In this document: one piece after another, positions 1 to 9,770 of the stretch
Layout: every line of letters begins with the position of its first letter
Position numbering within the stretch: position 1 is the first letter of the stretch
NCBI GenBank assembly: GCA_022510945.1
Contig: JAFLSK010000003.1
Span: forward strand, 1,513-65,512
Length of the DNA: 64,000 bases
Source: Ruminococcus sp.
Lineage (GTDB): Bacteria; Bacillota; Clostridia; Oscillospirales; Acutalibacteraceae
Direction of reading: 5' to 3'
The notes under the pieces: model-generated
What the model saw: the letters and a program-made list of their open reading frames with translations, nothing else
Database searches by the model: none
Told to the model about the DNA's origin: nothing
Program-made: the position numbers and the translations under genes

Positions 1-664
1 GGAGAATCTGCGTGCGCAGCTTAGTGTCGCCGCTCTGATAGAAATAAACCTGTGTTGCGTCAGATGGAACGTCGCATCTCCAGAGGTTGTCGTACTCAAG
101 CATTGGGCTGCAAACCACGGTCTGCTCAACGCCCTTTTTGTCGATGTAGGAGAGCTCCACGTCAGCGCCCCAGTTGTAGACCCTGCCGTTCTCCTCTATA
201 AGGTTAATATTCACGGACGGCTTGTCGAAATAAACGGTGTATTCTCCGTCGTCGTCACCGCCACCGAAAACGCCTGTAAACCAACATCCGCACACAATAG
301 CCACGAGGGCAACAACGCCCACACAGATACCGCAGATGAGAGCGACTTTCTTCGAGCCGCTTTTTTCGCGCGGTTCGTCGTACTCTTCGTCCTCGTAGGG
401 GTCAGAGTATTCGTCCTCGCTGTATTCGGGCTCGTCCTCATAGGGGACGTCCTTCTTTTCGTCGGTTTCCTTTATGTATTCGTCGTTATCTTCGTATTTT
501 TCGACCATTGTGCGGTGCTCGGGCTCCTTCGGCTCCTCGCGCCTTAAAATCTCGTCAAGCTCGTCGGTCGCAGAGGAAATCCCCTCGCCGCACACATAGC
601 ACTCTTTGTCATCCTGTGTTAAATACGCGCCGCAGTTAGGGCAACGTCTTTTTTCTTCAGCCAT
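1..664 (-). CDS. Zinc-ribbon / acidic linker / TM / extracellular beta-domain protein (runs off the left window edge)
   Basis: Not in the ORF track. Manual translation from ATG at 664: MAEEKRRCPNCGAYLTQDDKECYVCGE..., an acidic E/D/Y stretch, TM KKVALICGICVGVVALVAIVCGCWFTGVF, then YTVYFDKPS...NLWRCDVPSDATQVYFYQ. Open to position 1. Confidence 0.8.
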   Translation of the reverse strand, partial: MAEEKRRCPNCGAYLTQDDKECYVCGEGISSATDELDEILRREEPKEPEHRTMVEKYEDNDEYIKETDEKKDVPYEDEPEYSEDEYSDPYEDEEYDEPREKSGSKKVALICGICVGVVALVAIVCGCWFTGVFGGGDDDGEYTVYFDKPSVNINLIEENGRVYNWGADVELSYIDKKGVEQTVVCSPMLEYDNLWRCDVPSDATQVYFYQSGDTKLRTQIL

Positions 665-695
665 TATTCATCACCTGTATCTTTATACTGTTGGA

Positions 696-1253
696 TTATA
701 CTATAGGGTATGACTCGGCGGGAGCCTCGGTGGGTGCCTCTGTAGGCACCTCGGTAGGCGGCTGAGTCGGAGCAGGGGTTGGTGCGGGAGTAGGCGCTGC
801 TGTGGGAGGTTCTGTGGGAGCTTGTGTGGGAGCCTCGGTAGGCGGCTCTGTCGGGGCTGCGGTGGGCGCCGCCGTCGCGGGAGCCTGAGTCTGCACCGGT
901 ACCGCGGCAGCCTCGGCGTGGGTCGAGTACTCCTCGGTTTCCTCTACTGTCTCTGTCGTTTCGGTGGGCTCGACGGACTTGTCCGCGCCGGGACATCCGA
1001 CTATCGCAAATACCGTCGCCGCTATGATTAGGAGCACCACAACAACCGATACCGCTATAATTATAGCGGATGTTTTTCTATCATTTTGTCTTTTTATGTC
1101 GTCCTGCTTACGGGGTGATTTTTCGTTGTTTTCAAACTGAGGAACAATCTCCTCGTCCTGAACGCCGAATCCGTCGCCGTAATCCTCGCGCGCAGCGCGC
1201 GTGCGGCGTTTTACGTCGGACCTCCGGGAGTTTGGATTTCTTCTTTCGGGCAC
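696..1253 (-). CDS. Single-pass membrane protein with Pro/Thr/Ala/Glu-rich extracellular repeat stalk
   Basis: 185-aa ORF with GGAGG RBS, charged N-terminus, TM IIIAVSVVVVLLIIAATVFAIV and C-terminal (A/P)PT(E/A/Q) repeats. Confidence 0.8.
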   Translation of the reverse strand: MPERRNPNSRRSDVKRRTRAAREDYGDGFGVQDEEIVPQFENNEKSPRKQDDIKRQNDRKTSAIIIAVSVVVVLLIIAATVFAIVGCPGADKSVEPTETTETVEETEEYSTHAEAAAVPVQTQAPATAAPTAAPTEPPTEAPTQAPTEPPTAAPTPAPTPAPTQPPTEVPTEAPTEAPAESYPIV

Positions 1254-1379
1254 TTGTATCCCTCCAAATTTATAGTTAACTAAATGATAAATCTTTGAGT
1301 AAATTTTGTCAAGCGTTTACAACGCAAAATCGGGCGGAAAGCCTGCAACCGCAGACTACCCGCCCGACTGTGATTTTGA

Positions 1380-1985
1380 TTATTCTTCGGGGTCTTCTGT
1401 TTCTTCGTCTTCAGAGACGTATTCGTCGATATTCTCGATAACCGCGGTACCCTCGACCACGATTTCGTCGGCGTCGGGCTCATAGGACTGCTCGGCAGCA
1501 ACGGGCTCAGCCTCGCTCAACTCTTCCTCGATTCCGCCTTCAACCGCGGTGGTTTCCTCTTCCACAGCTTCGGGCTCTTCCTCGTCCGAAACGGTCTCGA
1601 ATCCGCTGATGAAGGTATAAGGCACGCCGTAGCCGAACGCGAGAGCCGCCATATACGCAACGAGCGGAGCCTCAACGAGCTCGCGGTGGAACGGAAGCGC
1701 GGAGATTACGAACGCTAAGATTATGTAGAGAGTCGGTAAATCGAGCAAAACGAGTGTCACAATGCTCAGTCTCTTCACGGTTTTTCCCTCGCCAACTCTT
1801 GTAGCGTAGAAAATGAGGAGTCCGAATACCGCCACAATAGCCACGGTAACGGCGCTCTGAGCTACCGCGCCCGCGAGCGTTCCCGCAAAGCTTGAGAAGA
1901 AGTAGCCGCAGATGATGTACGCTAAAATCAGAAACGCGGAGAAGAAGAGATTCACGTTGTCTCTTGCTGTGTTTTTCTTTTTCAT
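1380..1985 (-). CDS. Hypothetical 4-TM membrane protein with acidic C-terminal tail
   Basis: 201-aa ORF, AAGGAGG RBS, four hydrophobic segments followed by an E/D-rich tail. Confidence 0.8.
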   Translation of the reverse strand: MKKKNTARDNVNLFFSAFLILAYIICGYFFSSFAGTLAGAVAQSAVTVAIVAVFGLLIFYATRVGEGKTVKRLSIVTLVLLDLPTLYIILAFVISALPFHRELVEAPLVAYMAALAFGYGVPYTFISGFETVSDEEEPEAVEEETTAVEGGIEEELSEAEPVAAEQSYEPDADEIVVEGTAVIENIDEYVSEDEETEDPEE

Positions 1986-2010
1986 AATGACCTCCTTGGG
2001 GGTTAAAAAG

Positions 2011-2934
2011 TTACTGTTTTATTTTCGCTGCGAGAGCAACCCAACCGCCGTCTTCATATCGTTCGATAATATCGAACTCACGGCTGACAGCCTCCACAAC
2101 CTCGTCGGCGCGGGTGTCGATAATTCCGCTCATAATGTACACGGAGTCGGGATTCATAAACTCGCTCACGCCGCTCGATAAACTTATTATAGCATCTGCC
2201 ACGATATTTGCAACTACTAAATTGTATTTTCCGCTCACTTTTTCCGTAAGATCGCCCGTTATAGCCGTAAATCGGTCGGACACGCCGTTGAGCTCGGCGT
2301 TTTCGACGGCAGTCTTGACAGCGACCTCGTCGATGTCTACGCCGACAGCGCTTTTTGCTCCGAGCAAGAGCGAGGCGATAGCGAGGATACCGCTGCCGCA
2401 GCCCACGTCGAGCACGGTGTCGCCGTCCTTAAGATACTTTTCAATCGTCTCAAGACAGAGTCGCGTTGTCTCGTGGCTGCCTGTACCGAACGCAAGACCG
2501 GGATCGATGTTGAGCACAATCCTGCCTTTTGCGTCATAGTCGTCGCGCCACGTCGGGCGAATGAGAATTTTCTCGCCGACGGGCGTCGGGTGGAAGAACT
2601 GCTTCCAGTTATTGCGCCAATCCTCCTCGAGGGTGTGGTCGGTCTCGATTTTATGCTCTATACCCTCGGCGGTGTAACGCTCGGAAAGAAACGCCAGCGA
2701 CTCCGCGGGGTTTACGTCGGGCTCGAGGTAGATGTGGATAAACGCCTTACTCCTGTCCTTTGCGAGCAAATCCTCGTCGATTAGGTCGATATGCGCTATC
2801 TCCTGCACCTGCTCCTCCAACGCGGAGTAGTCCTCGATATATATGCCGTAGGGCACGACCATATTCGCGATGTCGCTTGCCTTGTCGGTATCGTCAGCGT
2901 TAATTGAGATTTTGATTTCTGTCCATTCTGCCAT
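2011..2934 (-). CDS. prmA: Ribosomal protein L11 methyltransferase
   Basis: IDPGLAFGTGSHETT, VLDVGCGSGIL, VANIVAD motifs; near dnaJ. Confidence 0.97.
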   Translation of the reverse strand: MAEWTEIKISINADDTDKASDIANMVVPYGIYIEDYSALEEQVQEIAHIDLIDEDLLAKDRSKAFIHIYLEPDVNPAESLAFLSERYTAEGIEHKIETDHTLEEDWRNNWKQFFHPTPVGEKILIRPTWRDDYDAKGRIVLNIDPGLAFGTGSHETTRLCLETIEKYLKDGDTVLDVGCGSGILAIASLLLGAKSAVGVDIDEVAVKTAVENAELNGVSDRFTAITGDLTEKVSGKYNLVVANIVADAIISLSSGVSEFMNPDSVYIMSGIIDTRADEVVEAVSREFDIIERYEDGGWVALAAKIKQ

Positions 2935-2945
2935 AATCTTTTCCT

Positions 2946-4208
2946 TTACTTATCAATCAAAGTTTTCTTGCCTGTTTTTGCATTTACGATGTAGCTTTGA
3001 CAGCGGTAAACCTTCTCGAAATCGCCCTTGTTATCGTAGCGGTAAACGCCGTACGTCACCAAAGCGAGGTCGCCGACGCTGCCGCCTATCGTCGGGGTGA
3101 CGAGGATATAGCCGTAGTCGGATTTTTTCAGAAGGCTACCCGCCTTTATGACCCTCTTGCCGACTGCCTTTTTCACCTTCGGAAGTGTATAGAGGTCGTA
3201 GCTGAATTCCGTTTTGGAGTGATTTATCCCGACCGCGCAGCCGCTCGGGGTCGTATAGGTAATAATCGGGTACTTTATGTCGGTGTATTTTACCGCTTGC
3301 GTAAGCTTTCCTTTGTCGCTGATTCCGGTAAGGGCGGTATTTCCCTTTTTGTCGGTCAGGGTGATGTACGCGCCGCTCTTCGCGGGGAGAATCACTGCCC
3401 CGACAGCACCCTCTTTCAGCGTTTTAATACCCGAGCCGTCCCTGTTCATAGAGCAGAGCACGCCCTTGAACTGTCCGTTTTTGTCCGCCCCGCCGACAGT
3501 AAAGACAAGCTTATCCGCAAGCGCGCGAAACGAGCCGTTGTTCGGAACGGAGTACGGCTTTTTCACGGACTTAAACGCGCCGACCTTCTGCACAGCTAAA
3601 TCGCCGCAAATATAGCGGTACATCTGCTGGACGTAACGACCGCCGCTTTTTTTCTCAGTTCGGTAGTAGAAGATACTGTCCGCAGTCGCGCCGAGGAAGG
3701 TGTTGTAGGAATTATATTTGCTCGCCGACCCGTCTGCCGCCATATTATCGCTGCCGTCAAAGCCGCGCAGATAAATTGCACTGAAAGCGTCGCGGTAGAC
3801 GATACCCTGCGGACAGATAGCGAGCATAGAAACACTGTCGTTTTTGCGTGCCTTATGCTGACCGTCAGCCATATCGAACAGCTTGCTTTTCTTGTTTGTG
3901 CTCGGGGCGTAGGCTATAACCGCCGTTCCCTTGCGGTAGTAGACCTTGTCCTTGTATGTAAGCAGAGCGGTGCCCGAATAGGTCGGAGTGGTCGCGACTA
4001 ATTTCTTTTTCTTACCCTTTAGGTTCGTGCGGTAAATCCTGAGTTTGTTTTTCTTCACGTTATTTACGGCGGAAACGATGTACTTGCCGCACTGCACCAT
4101 TGAGCCGCCGCAGAAATCGCCCTCGTCCGAATCGAGCGCACTCGCGGGAAAGGCAAAAGCCGTCGCGGCAATCAGAGCGCACAGAACTGCGCTGAGTAGT
4201 TTCTTCAT
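2946..4208 (-). CDS. Secreted Lys-rich hypothetical protein, probably beta-rich (propeller-like)
   Basis: Signal peptide MKKLLSAVLCALIAATAFAFPASA; repeated short beta-strand patterns (IYRTNLKG, LCSMNRDGSG); own promoter. Confidence 0.75.
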   Translation of the reverse strand: MKKLLSAVLCALIAATAFAFPASALDSDEGDFCGGSMVQCGKYIVSAVNNVKKNKLRIYRTNLKGKKKKLVATTPTYSGTALLTYKDKVYYRKGTAVIAYAPSTNKKSKLFDMADGQHKARKNDSVSMLAICPQGIVYRDAFSAIYLRGFDGSDNMAADGSASKYNSYNTFLGATADSIFYYRTEKKSGGRYVQQMYRYICGDLAVQKVGAFKSVKKPYSVPNNGSFRALADKLVFTVGGADKNGQFKGVLCSMNRDGSGIKTLKEGAVGAVILPAKSGAYITLTDKKGNTALTGISDKGKLTQAVKYTDIKYPIITYTTPSGCAVGINHSKTEFSYDLYTLPKVKKAVGKRVIKAGSLLKKSDYGYILVTPTIGGSVGDLALVTYGVYRYDNKGDFEKVYRCQSYIVNAKTGKKTLIDK

Positions 4209-4240
4209 TTCATATACCTCGTTAATAAAATTCCGTTAAC

Positions 4241-4269
4241 ATTATATAACGCGACCGCAACTTTTACAA
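4241..4269 (-). promoter_or_regulatory. SigA-type promoter for the 2946..4208 gene and prmA
   Basis: Minus strand TTGTAA-N17-TATAAT. Confidence 0.6.
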
Positions 4270-4290
4270 GAAGAAAATGCTGTAACGCAC

Positions 4291-4315
4291 AAAAAGCCGC
4301 CCGAAGGCGGCTTTT
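4291..4315 (-). terminator. Intrinsic terminator after dnaJ
   Basis: AAAAGCCGCC-cgaa-GGCGGCTTTT hairpin with T-tracts. Confidence 0.8.
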
Positions 4316-4333
4316 GACAGGCGGCTATGTAAA

Positions 4334-5476
4334 TTAGTCGCCGAACAACTTCCTCAGCTTTTCGCGGAAGGATTTCTGTTTTACATAATTTTTCTCGCCG
4401 AGAGCCTCGTCGAGTTCTGTAACTGCTTTTTTCTGCTTTGAGTTGAGGTTGCGCGGAATTTCGATATTCATTTTAACATACTGGTCGCCGCGGCCTCTGC
4501 CGTTTAGGTGAGGTATGCCCTTGCCCTTAAGCTTGAACACGTCGCCCGGCTGAGTGCCCTCGTGAATCGAGTAGCTGACTTTGCCGTCGAGGGTCGGAAC
4601 GATAACCTCGCTGCCGAGCATAGCCTGCGCGACGGTAATCGGCATCTCGCACCACACGTCGTCGCCTCTGCGCTCGAAAATCTCGTGCGGACGTACCTTT
4701 ACATACACGCGTAAATCGCCCGCGGGACCGCCGTTTATTCCGCTGTTGCCGTGACCGCTGATGTTGAGAATCTGGTCGTCCGCAATACCCGCGGGGATTG
4801 TGACGTCGACTCCCTTCTGCTTACGAACGCGGCCGTTGCCGTTACAGGAGCGGCACGGGGTTTCGATGATTTTACCCTTGCCTGAGCACTTGTCGCACGC
4901 ACGCTGAGTCTGCACCACGCCGAACGGCGAACGCTGGCTTACGGTCACGCGACCCGTGCCCGAGCACGCCGAGCACGTCTTTGCCTGAGTTCCCTTCTGC
5001 GCGCCTGTTCCGTGACAGTCATCGCAGGTAACCACGTTATTATATGTGACGGTTTTCTTACAGCCCTTAGCCGCCTCTTCGAAGGTGATAACGACCTGAG
5101 CCTCGACGTCGTTTCCGCGGCGCGGCGCGTTAGGATTAGCTCTTCGATTACCGCCGAAGCCGCCAAATCCGCCGAAAAAGCTGTTGAAAATATCGCCGAT
5201 GTCCATATCCTGTCCGAACGGACTGCCGCCGCCCGCGCCGAAGTTCGGGTCAACGCCTGCGTGGCCGAACTGGTCGTAGCGCGCGCGTTTTTCGCTGTCG
5301 GAAAGTACCTCGTAAGCCTCGTTGACCTCCTTGAACTTCTCCTCGCAATCCTTGTCGCCGGGGTGAAGGTCGGGGTGGTACTGCTTTGCGCTTTTTCTGT
5401 ACGCCCTTTTTATCTCGTCGTCCGAGGCGCCCTTCTGAACGCCGAGGACCTCGTAATAATCTCTTTTGTCTGCCAT
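4334..5476 (-). CDS. dnaJ: Chaperone DnaJ
   Basis: J-domain with HPD, G/F region, four CxxCxGxG repeats; start set at MADKRDYY (5476). Confidence 0.98.
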   Translation of the reverse strand: MADKRDYYEVLGVQKGASDDEIKRAYRKSAKQYHPDLHPGDKDCEEKFKEVNEAYEVLSDSEKRARYDQFGHAGVDPNFGAGGGSPFGQDMDIGDIFNSFFGGFGGFGGNRRANPNAPRRGNDVEAQVVITFEEAAKGCKKTVTYNNVVTCDDCHGTGAQKGTQAKTCSACSGTGRVTVSQRSPFGVVQTQRACDKCSGKGKIIETPCRSCNGNGRVRKQKGVDVTIPAGIADDQILNISGHGNSGINGGPAGDLRVYVKVRPHEIFERRGDDVWCEMPITVAQAMLGSEVIVPTLDGKVSYSIHEGTQPGDVFKLKGKGIPHLNGRGRGDQYVKMNIEIPRNLNSKQKKAVTELDEALGEKNYVKQKSFREKLRKLFGD

Positions 5477-5543
5477 AGAATTCTCCCATTGCAAAAGTTA
5501 TAATAACTTATGCCATAGTTTTTCTCTTTGTGATAACTCTCAC

Positions 5544-5591
5544 AAAACGCCCGAACAGAGCCGCCCTTATAAGAGCAGCTCCGTCAAGCAA
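5544..5591 (-). terminator. Hairpin/terminator between dnaK and dnaJ
   Basis: Minus strand GCTTGACGGAGCTGCTCTT-at-AAGGGCGGCTCTGTTCGGGCG then TTTT (G-U pairs fit the minus strand). Confidence 0.55.
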
Positions 5592-5603
5592 ATTTATTCT
5601 TTA

Positions 5604-7442
5604 TCAGTTGCCGTCTACGTCTGTGAAATCAGCGTCGTAAACGTTATCTGCGCCGCCTGTGGGCTGCTGACCCATATCGGGAGTCGGCTGGCCGGGAGCG
5701 CCCTGAGGATTAGCCTGCTGATAGAGCTTTGCGGAAACCTCGTAGAGAGCCTTCTGTAAATCTTCCTTAGCAGCGTCCATCATAGCCTTGTCGCTTTTTG
5801 CGATAGCATCCTTGAGGGCTGCTGCCTTGCTCGAAATTGTGTCCTTATCGGCAGGGTCGAGCTTGTCGCCGTTCTCGTTTACGAGCTTTTCTGCCTGATA
5901 AACCATATTCTCGGCCTCGTTTTTAGCGTCGATTTCCTCGCGGCGCTTCTTATCCTCGTCTGCGAACTGCTCAGCTTCCTTGACAGCCTTGTCGATGTCC
6001 TCCTTGCTCATATTCGAAGAGGAGGAGATTGTGATAGCCTGCTCGCGACCTGTGCCGAGGTCCTTAGCGGAAACATTTACGATACCGTTAGCGTCGATGT
6101 CGAAGGTAACCTCAATCTGCGGAACGCCGCGCATAGCGGGAGCGATACCTGTGAGAGCGAAAAGACCGAGCTGCTTGTTGTCGCGCGCGAACTCACGCTC
6201 ACCCTGTAAAACGTTAATTTCAACCTGAGTCTGATTGTCAGCCGCAGTGGAGAAAATCTGGCTCTTCTTGGTCGGGATAGTTGTATTTCTGTCGATAATT
6301 TTTGTCATAACGCCGCCCATTGTCTCAACACCGAGTGAAAGCGGAGTAACGTCGAGGAGAAGGAGTCCGTCTACCTCGCCGCCGAGTACGCCTGCCTGAA
6401 TAGCCGCGCCGATAGCAACACACTCGTCGGGGTTGATTCCCTTGAACGGATCCTTGCCGATAAGCTTCTTAACAGCTTCCTGAACAGCGGGGATTCTCGA
6501 AGAACCGCCGACCATAAGAACCTTGTCGATTTCGCTGATGTTAAGACCCGAGTCGGAGAGAGCGGAACGTACGGGACCCATTGTAGCCTCTACGAGGTCT
6601 GCTGTGAGCTCGTCGAACTTTGCTCTTGTTAAGGTGAGGTCGAGGTGCTTGGGGCCTGTTGCGTCTGCTGTGATAAACGGGAGGTTGATAGCTGTGGAAG
6701 TAACGCCCGAAAGCTCTATCTTTGCCTTCTCTGCAGCGTCCTTGAGTCTCTGCATAGCCATCTTGTCGTTTGAGAGGTCAACGCCGTCGGAGGTCTTGAA
6801 CTCAGAAACAAGCCAGTCGATGATTCTCTTGTCGAAGTCGTCGCCGCCGAGACGGTTGTTACCTGCTGTTGCTAAAACTTCCTGAACGCCGTCGCCCATC
6901 TCGATAATGCTTACGTCGAAGGTACCGCCGCCGAGGTCGTATACCATAACCTTCTGGTCGTTTTCCTTGTCTACGCCGTAGGAAAGTGCCGCGGCAGTAG
7001 GCTCGTTGATGATACGCTTAACGTCGAGACCTGCGATTTTGCCCGCGTCCTTAGTAGCCTGACGCTGTGAGTCGGTGAAGTAAGCGGGAACCGTGATAAC
7101 AGCCTGTGTTACCTTCTCGCCGAGGTAAGCCTCAGCGTCAGCCTTGAGCTTCTGGAGAATCATCGCGGAGATTTCCTGCGGTGTGTAGTTCTTGCCGTCG
7201 ATAGCAACCTTGTAGGCTGTACCCATTTCTCTCTTAATAGAGGAAACTGTCTTGTCGGGGTTTGTGATAGCCTGACGCTTAGCGACCTGACCTACCATTC
7301 TCTCGCCGTCCTTTGAGAAAGCTACTACGGACGGAGTTGTTCTTGCACCCTCTGCGTTAGCGATTACGACCGGCTCGCCGCCCTCGATAACTGCAACGCA
7401 GGAGTTCGTTGTACCTAAATCTATACCTATTGTCTTTGCCAT
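5604..7442 (-). CDS. dnaK: Chaperone DnaK (Hsp70)
   Basis: [28 protein letters not shown] motifs. Confidence 0.99.
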   Translation of the reverse strand: MAKTIGIDLGTTNSCVAVIEGGEPVVIANAEGARTTPSVVAFSKDGERMVGQVAKRQAITNPDKTVSSIKREMGTAYKVAIDGKNYTPQEISAMILQKLKADAEAYLGEKVTQAVITVPAYFTDSQRQATKDAGKIAGLDVKRIINEPTAAALSYGVDKENDQKVMVYDLGGGTFDVSIIEMGDGVQEVLATAGNNRLGGDDFDKRIIDWLVSEFKTSDGVDLSNDKMAMQRLKDAAEKAKIELSGVTSTAINLPFITADATGPKHLDLTLTRAKFDELTADLVEATMGPVRSALSDSGLNISEIDKVLMVGGSSRIPAVQEAVKKLIGKDPFKGINPDECVAIGAAIQAGVLGGEVDGLLLLDVTPLSLGVETMGGVMTKIIDRNTTIPTKKSQIFSTAADNQTQVEINVLQGEREFARDNKQLGLFALTGIAPAMRGVPQIEVTFDIDANGIVNVSAKDLGTGREQAITISSSSNMSKEDIDKAVKEAEQFADEDKKRREEIDAKNEAENMVYQAEKLVNENGDKLDPADKDTISSKAAALKDAIAKSDKAMMDAAKEDLQKALYEVSAKLYQQANPQGAPGQPTPDMGQQPTGGADNVYDADFTDVDGN

Positions 7443-7484
7443 AATGAATTACCTCCATAAATAATGTTTTATATAAAAATTTTA

Positions 7485-8042
7485 TTAATCGCAGTTTGCT
7501 ACCTGAACCATCGCGTGACGAATGATTTTGTCGCCGATTTTGTAGCCCTTCTGATATACAGCGGAGATTTTGTTCTCCTCAAAGTCGTCGCTCTCGATTT
7601 TGCCGATAGCGTTGTGAAGAGTGGGGTCGAAGTCGTCGCCAACCTCGCAAAACTCCTCAACCTTTAACTTTTCAAGCGAGGTTTTGAGCTGATTTTGCAC
7701 AAGCTCAATGCCCTTTTTATATTCCTCGGGAACGTCCTGCATATTCTGCAGAGCCATCGTGATGCTGTCCGCAACGGGGAGAATCTGCTCGACCGCCTTT
7801 GCGGTGGCGTCGCCGTATATGCCTAACTTTTCCGAAGATGTGCGCTTGCGGTAGTTGTCGTACTCTGCGGCGAGGCGGAGTCTTTTGTCTTTTTCCTCAC
7901 TGAGCGCGTCCTCAAGCTCTTTTATCTTCTCGGCGTTTTTGTCCTTTTTGGGCCTTTTCGCCTTCTTTTCTTCCTTCTTCGGCTCTTTCTCGGTTGTTTC
8001 TTCTACAACCTCCTGAGTCTCGGGAGTCTTTTCTTCACTCAT
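7485..8042 (-). CDS. grpE: Nucleotide exchange factor GrpE
   Basis: RLAAEYDNYRKR, FDPTLHNA, QKGYKIGDKIIRHAMV. Confidence 0.97.
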   Translation of the reverse strand: MSEEKTPETQEVVEETTEKEPKKEEKKAKRPKKDKNAEKIKELEDALSEEKDKRLRLAAEYDNYRKRTSSEKLGIYGDATAKAVEQILPVADSITMALQNMQDVPEEYKKGIELVQNQLKTSLEKLKVEEFCEVGDDFDPTLHNAIGKIESDDFEENKISAVYQKGYKIGDKIIRHAMVQVANCD

Positions 8043-8056
8043 ATTTTCATTCCTTT

Positions 8057-9091
8057 CTATCGGTGTGTCGAAATCAGCTCGCTGATTTGCTCGCCTACGA
8101 CCTTTGCGGTGTACTCAAGAATCGAGACCGCGTTTGCGTAGTCGGTTCTCAGCGTTCCGATAAGCGCGATTGCGCCCGCGGGATATCCCTCGATGAGGTA
8201 CCTCGTCGCGCACAAGGCGCTGTGCCTGAGTTCGGGCAGGGCGTTCTCCCTGCCTATATATATGTTGGTGCCGTCGGGCACGGTTTTCATCAGCTTTTCC
8301 CTCTTGCTGTTATCGGAGAGCAGCTCGAGCACGCTGCGCGCGGAGCTGAGGCTCTGGTCCGTTTGGTAGAGAATTTTCGTCGTGCCGCTCGAGTAGACAT
8401 TCGTTCCCGAAGCCTCCTTGCACGCGTCGAGCACAGCAAGCAGCATATCGGGCATCAACAGTCCGAGCTCGCCGAACGAAGCGGCGAAGGTCTGCGCGAA
8501 CGGCTGATTAACGGAGCTGAGCGGCTGACCCGCTAACTTCTCGTTGAGAGCCCTGTCGAACACGTTGAGCATCTCGGGCGTGATGTTAAAGTCACAGCGG
8601 AAGAGTCGACTTTTTACCATACCTGTTGAGGTGATGAGTACCAGCATTGAGGTAAAGCGTCCCGTCTGCACGAATCGGACGCGGTAAACGCGCGTGTCGT
8701 CCCCCGCGGGAGTCGACGAGAGCGCAACCGTCGAGCACAGCTCGCTTACAACGTCTGACGCCGTCCGAAGAATATGCTCGGGGGCGTCGCACGCGTCGGT
8801 AATGCGAGCCTCAATATACCGCCGAACGCGTTCCTGCGGCGCTTGTACGTCCATAAGGTTGTCGACGTAGTAGCGGTAACCCGTCTCGGTCGGCACGCGA
8901 CCCGCCGAGGTGTGCGGCTGTTTTAAAAACCCGCGCGCCGTCAGGTCGGCAAGCTCGTTGCGGATTGTCGCGGAGCTGACGTTCAGGCTCTCTGTGTTTT
9001 GCAGAGCCTTCGAGCCAATCGGCTCGCCTGTCGCGATGTAATTCTCTATAACAGCAGCGAGAATTTTCTGCTTTCGTAAAGCAATATTCAT
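8057..9091 (-). CDS. hrcA: Heat-inducible transcription repressor HrcA
   Basis: YIATGEPIGSK, SSATIRNEL, QPHTSAGRVPT; CIRCE upstream. Confidence 0.97.
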   Translation of the reverse strand: MNIALRKQKILAAVIENYIATGEPIGSKALQNTESLNVSSATIRNELADLTARGFLKQPHTSAGRVPTETGYRYYVDNLMDVQAPQERVRRYIEARITDACDAPEHILRTASDVVSELCSTVALSSTPAGDDTRVYRVRFVQTGRFTSMLVLITSTGMVKSRLFRCDFNITPEMLNVFDRALNEKLAGQPLSSVNQPFAQTFAASFGELGLLMPDMLLAVLDACKEASGTNVYSSGTTKILYQTDQSLSSARSVLELLSDNSKREKLMKTVPDGTNIYIGRENALPELRHSALCATRYLIEGYPAGAIALIGTLRTDYANAVSILEYTAKVVGEQISELISTHR

Positions 9092-9130
9092 TTTCCCGCC
9101 TTCTTTGTGGCTGTTATTGTTTAGTCTCTG

Positions 9131-9157
9131 TTAGCACTCTAAGCCTTAGAGTGCTAA
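9131..9157. promoter_or_regulatory. CIRCE element (HrcA operator)
   Basis: Perfect TTAGCACTC-taagcctta-GAGTGCTAA, 40 bp upstream of hrcA. Confidence 0.98.
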
Positions 9158-9278
9158 TCGCTACGATTATTATTTTACTCATAAGTCAAGAAAAGTCAAT
9201 ACTATTGTGCAAAATTTTTCTTCAAATGGACATAATCGCCATTTTGTACAGTGCAAAAAGCTCTGTGAAGCCATTTGC

Positions 9279-9307
9279 TTGACATTCACTCTCCAAACCT
9301 CTATAAT
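9279..9307 (+). promoter_or_regulatory. Consensus SigA promoter for the 9337 gene
   Basis: TTGACA-N17-TATAAT. Confidence 0.8.
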
Positions 9308-9336
9308 AAACACACTCAGGTGAAAGGGGTCTCCTT

Positions 9337-9594
9337 ATGCAAATTGTATACATTATATTATGGGCGTTGCTTTGTGTGTACTGTTCCTACTCAGCGCACA
9401 AGATGAGCCCTGTACTATATATATTGGGCGGATTTTTCCTTTTTATGTTCGGCTGGTATCTTGTAAATTATCTTGCGCCGTTCGATTTGTTTGCGGGAAC
9501 GTACGGTATCATTTTCAGATGTATTGCCGCGGTTTTCCTCGTTGCAGTGCTCATTATTTACTTTTTCTCCAAGCGAAATAGCAGTGGTCAGTAG
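9337..9594 (+). CDS. Small 3-TM membrane protein
   Basis: 85 aa, almost entirely hydrophobic; consensus promoter and AAAGGGG RBS. Confidence 0.75.
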   Translation: MQIVYIILWALLCVYCSYSAHKMSPVLYILGGFFLFMFGWYLVNYLAPFDLFAGTYGIIFRCIAAVFLVAVLIIYFFSKRNSSGQ

Positions 9595-9770
9595 CCCGAT
9601 TTCCTTTAATAAGCACAATATATTGCGGTTTGATTTTTGGAGATAACTATTTTTTGCAAATTTTTTAAAAAAATGAAAAAAAGGCTTGAATTTTTCGATA
9701 AATAATGGTATCATAATTCGTGCACGACTATATAACAATTAGATTTTTACTATTTTAAGGAGGTGCGACA

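Noticed and set aside
211-441. 76-aa minus-strand ORF in the track
   Set aside because: Out of frame with the real CDS that starts at 664 and runs off the window
715-900. Short periodic repeats considered as a CRISPR-like array
   Set aside because: 12-bp degenerate coding repeats of a Pro/Thr linker; no spacers and no cas genes
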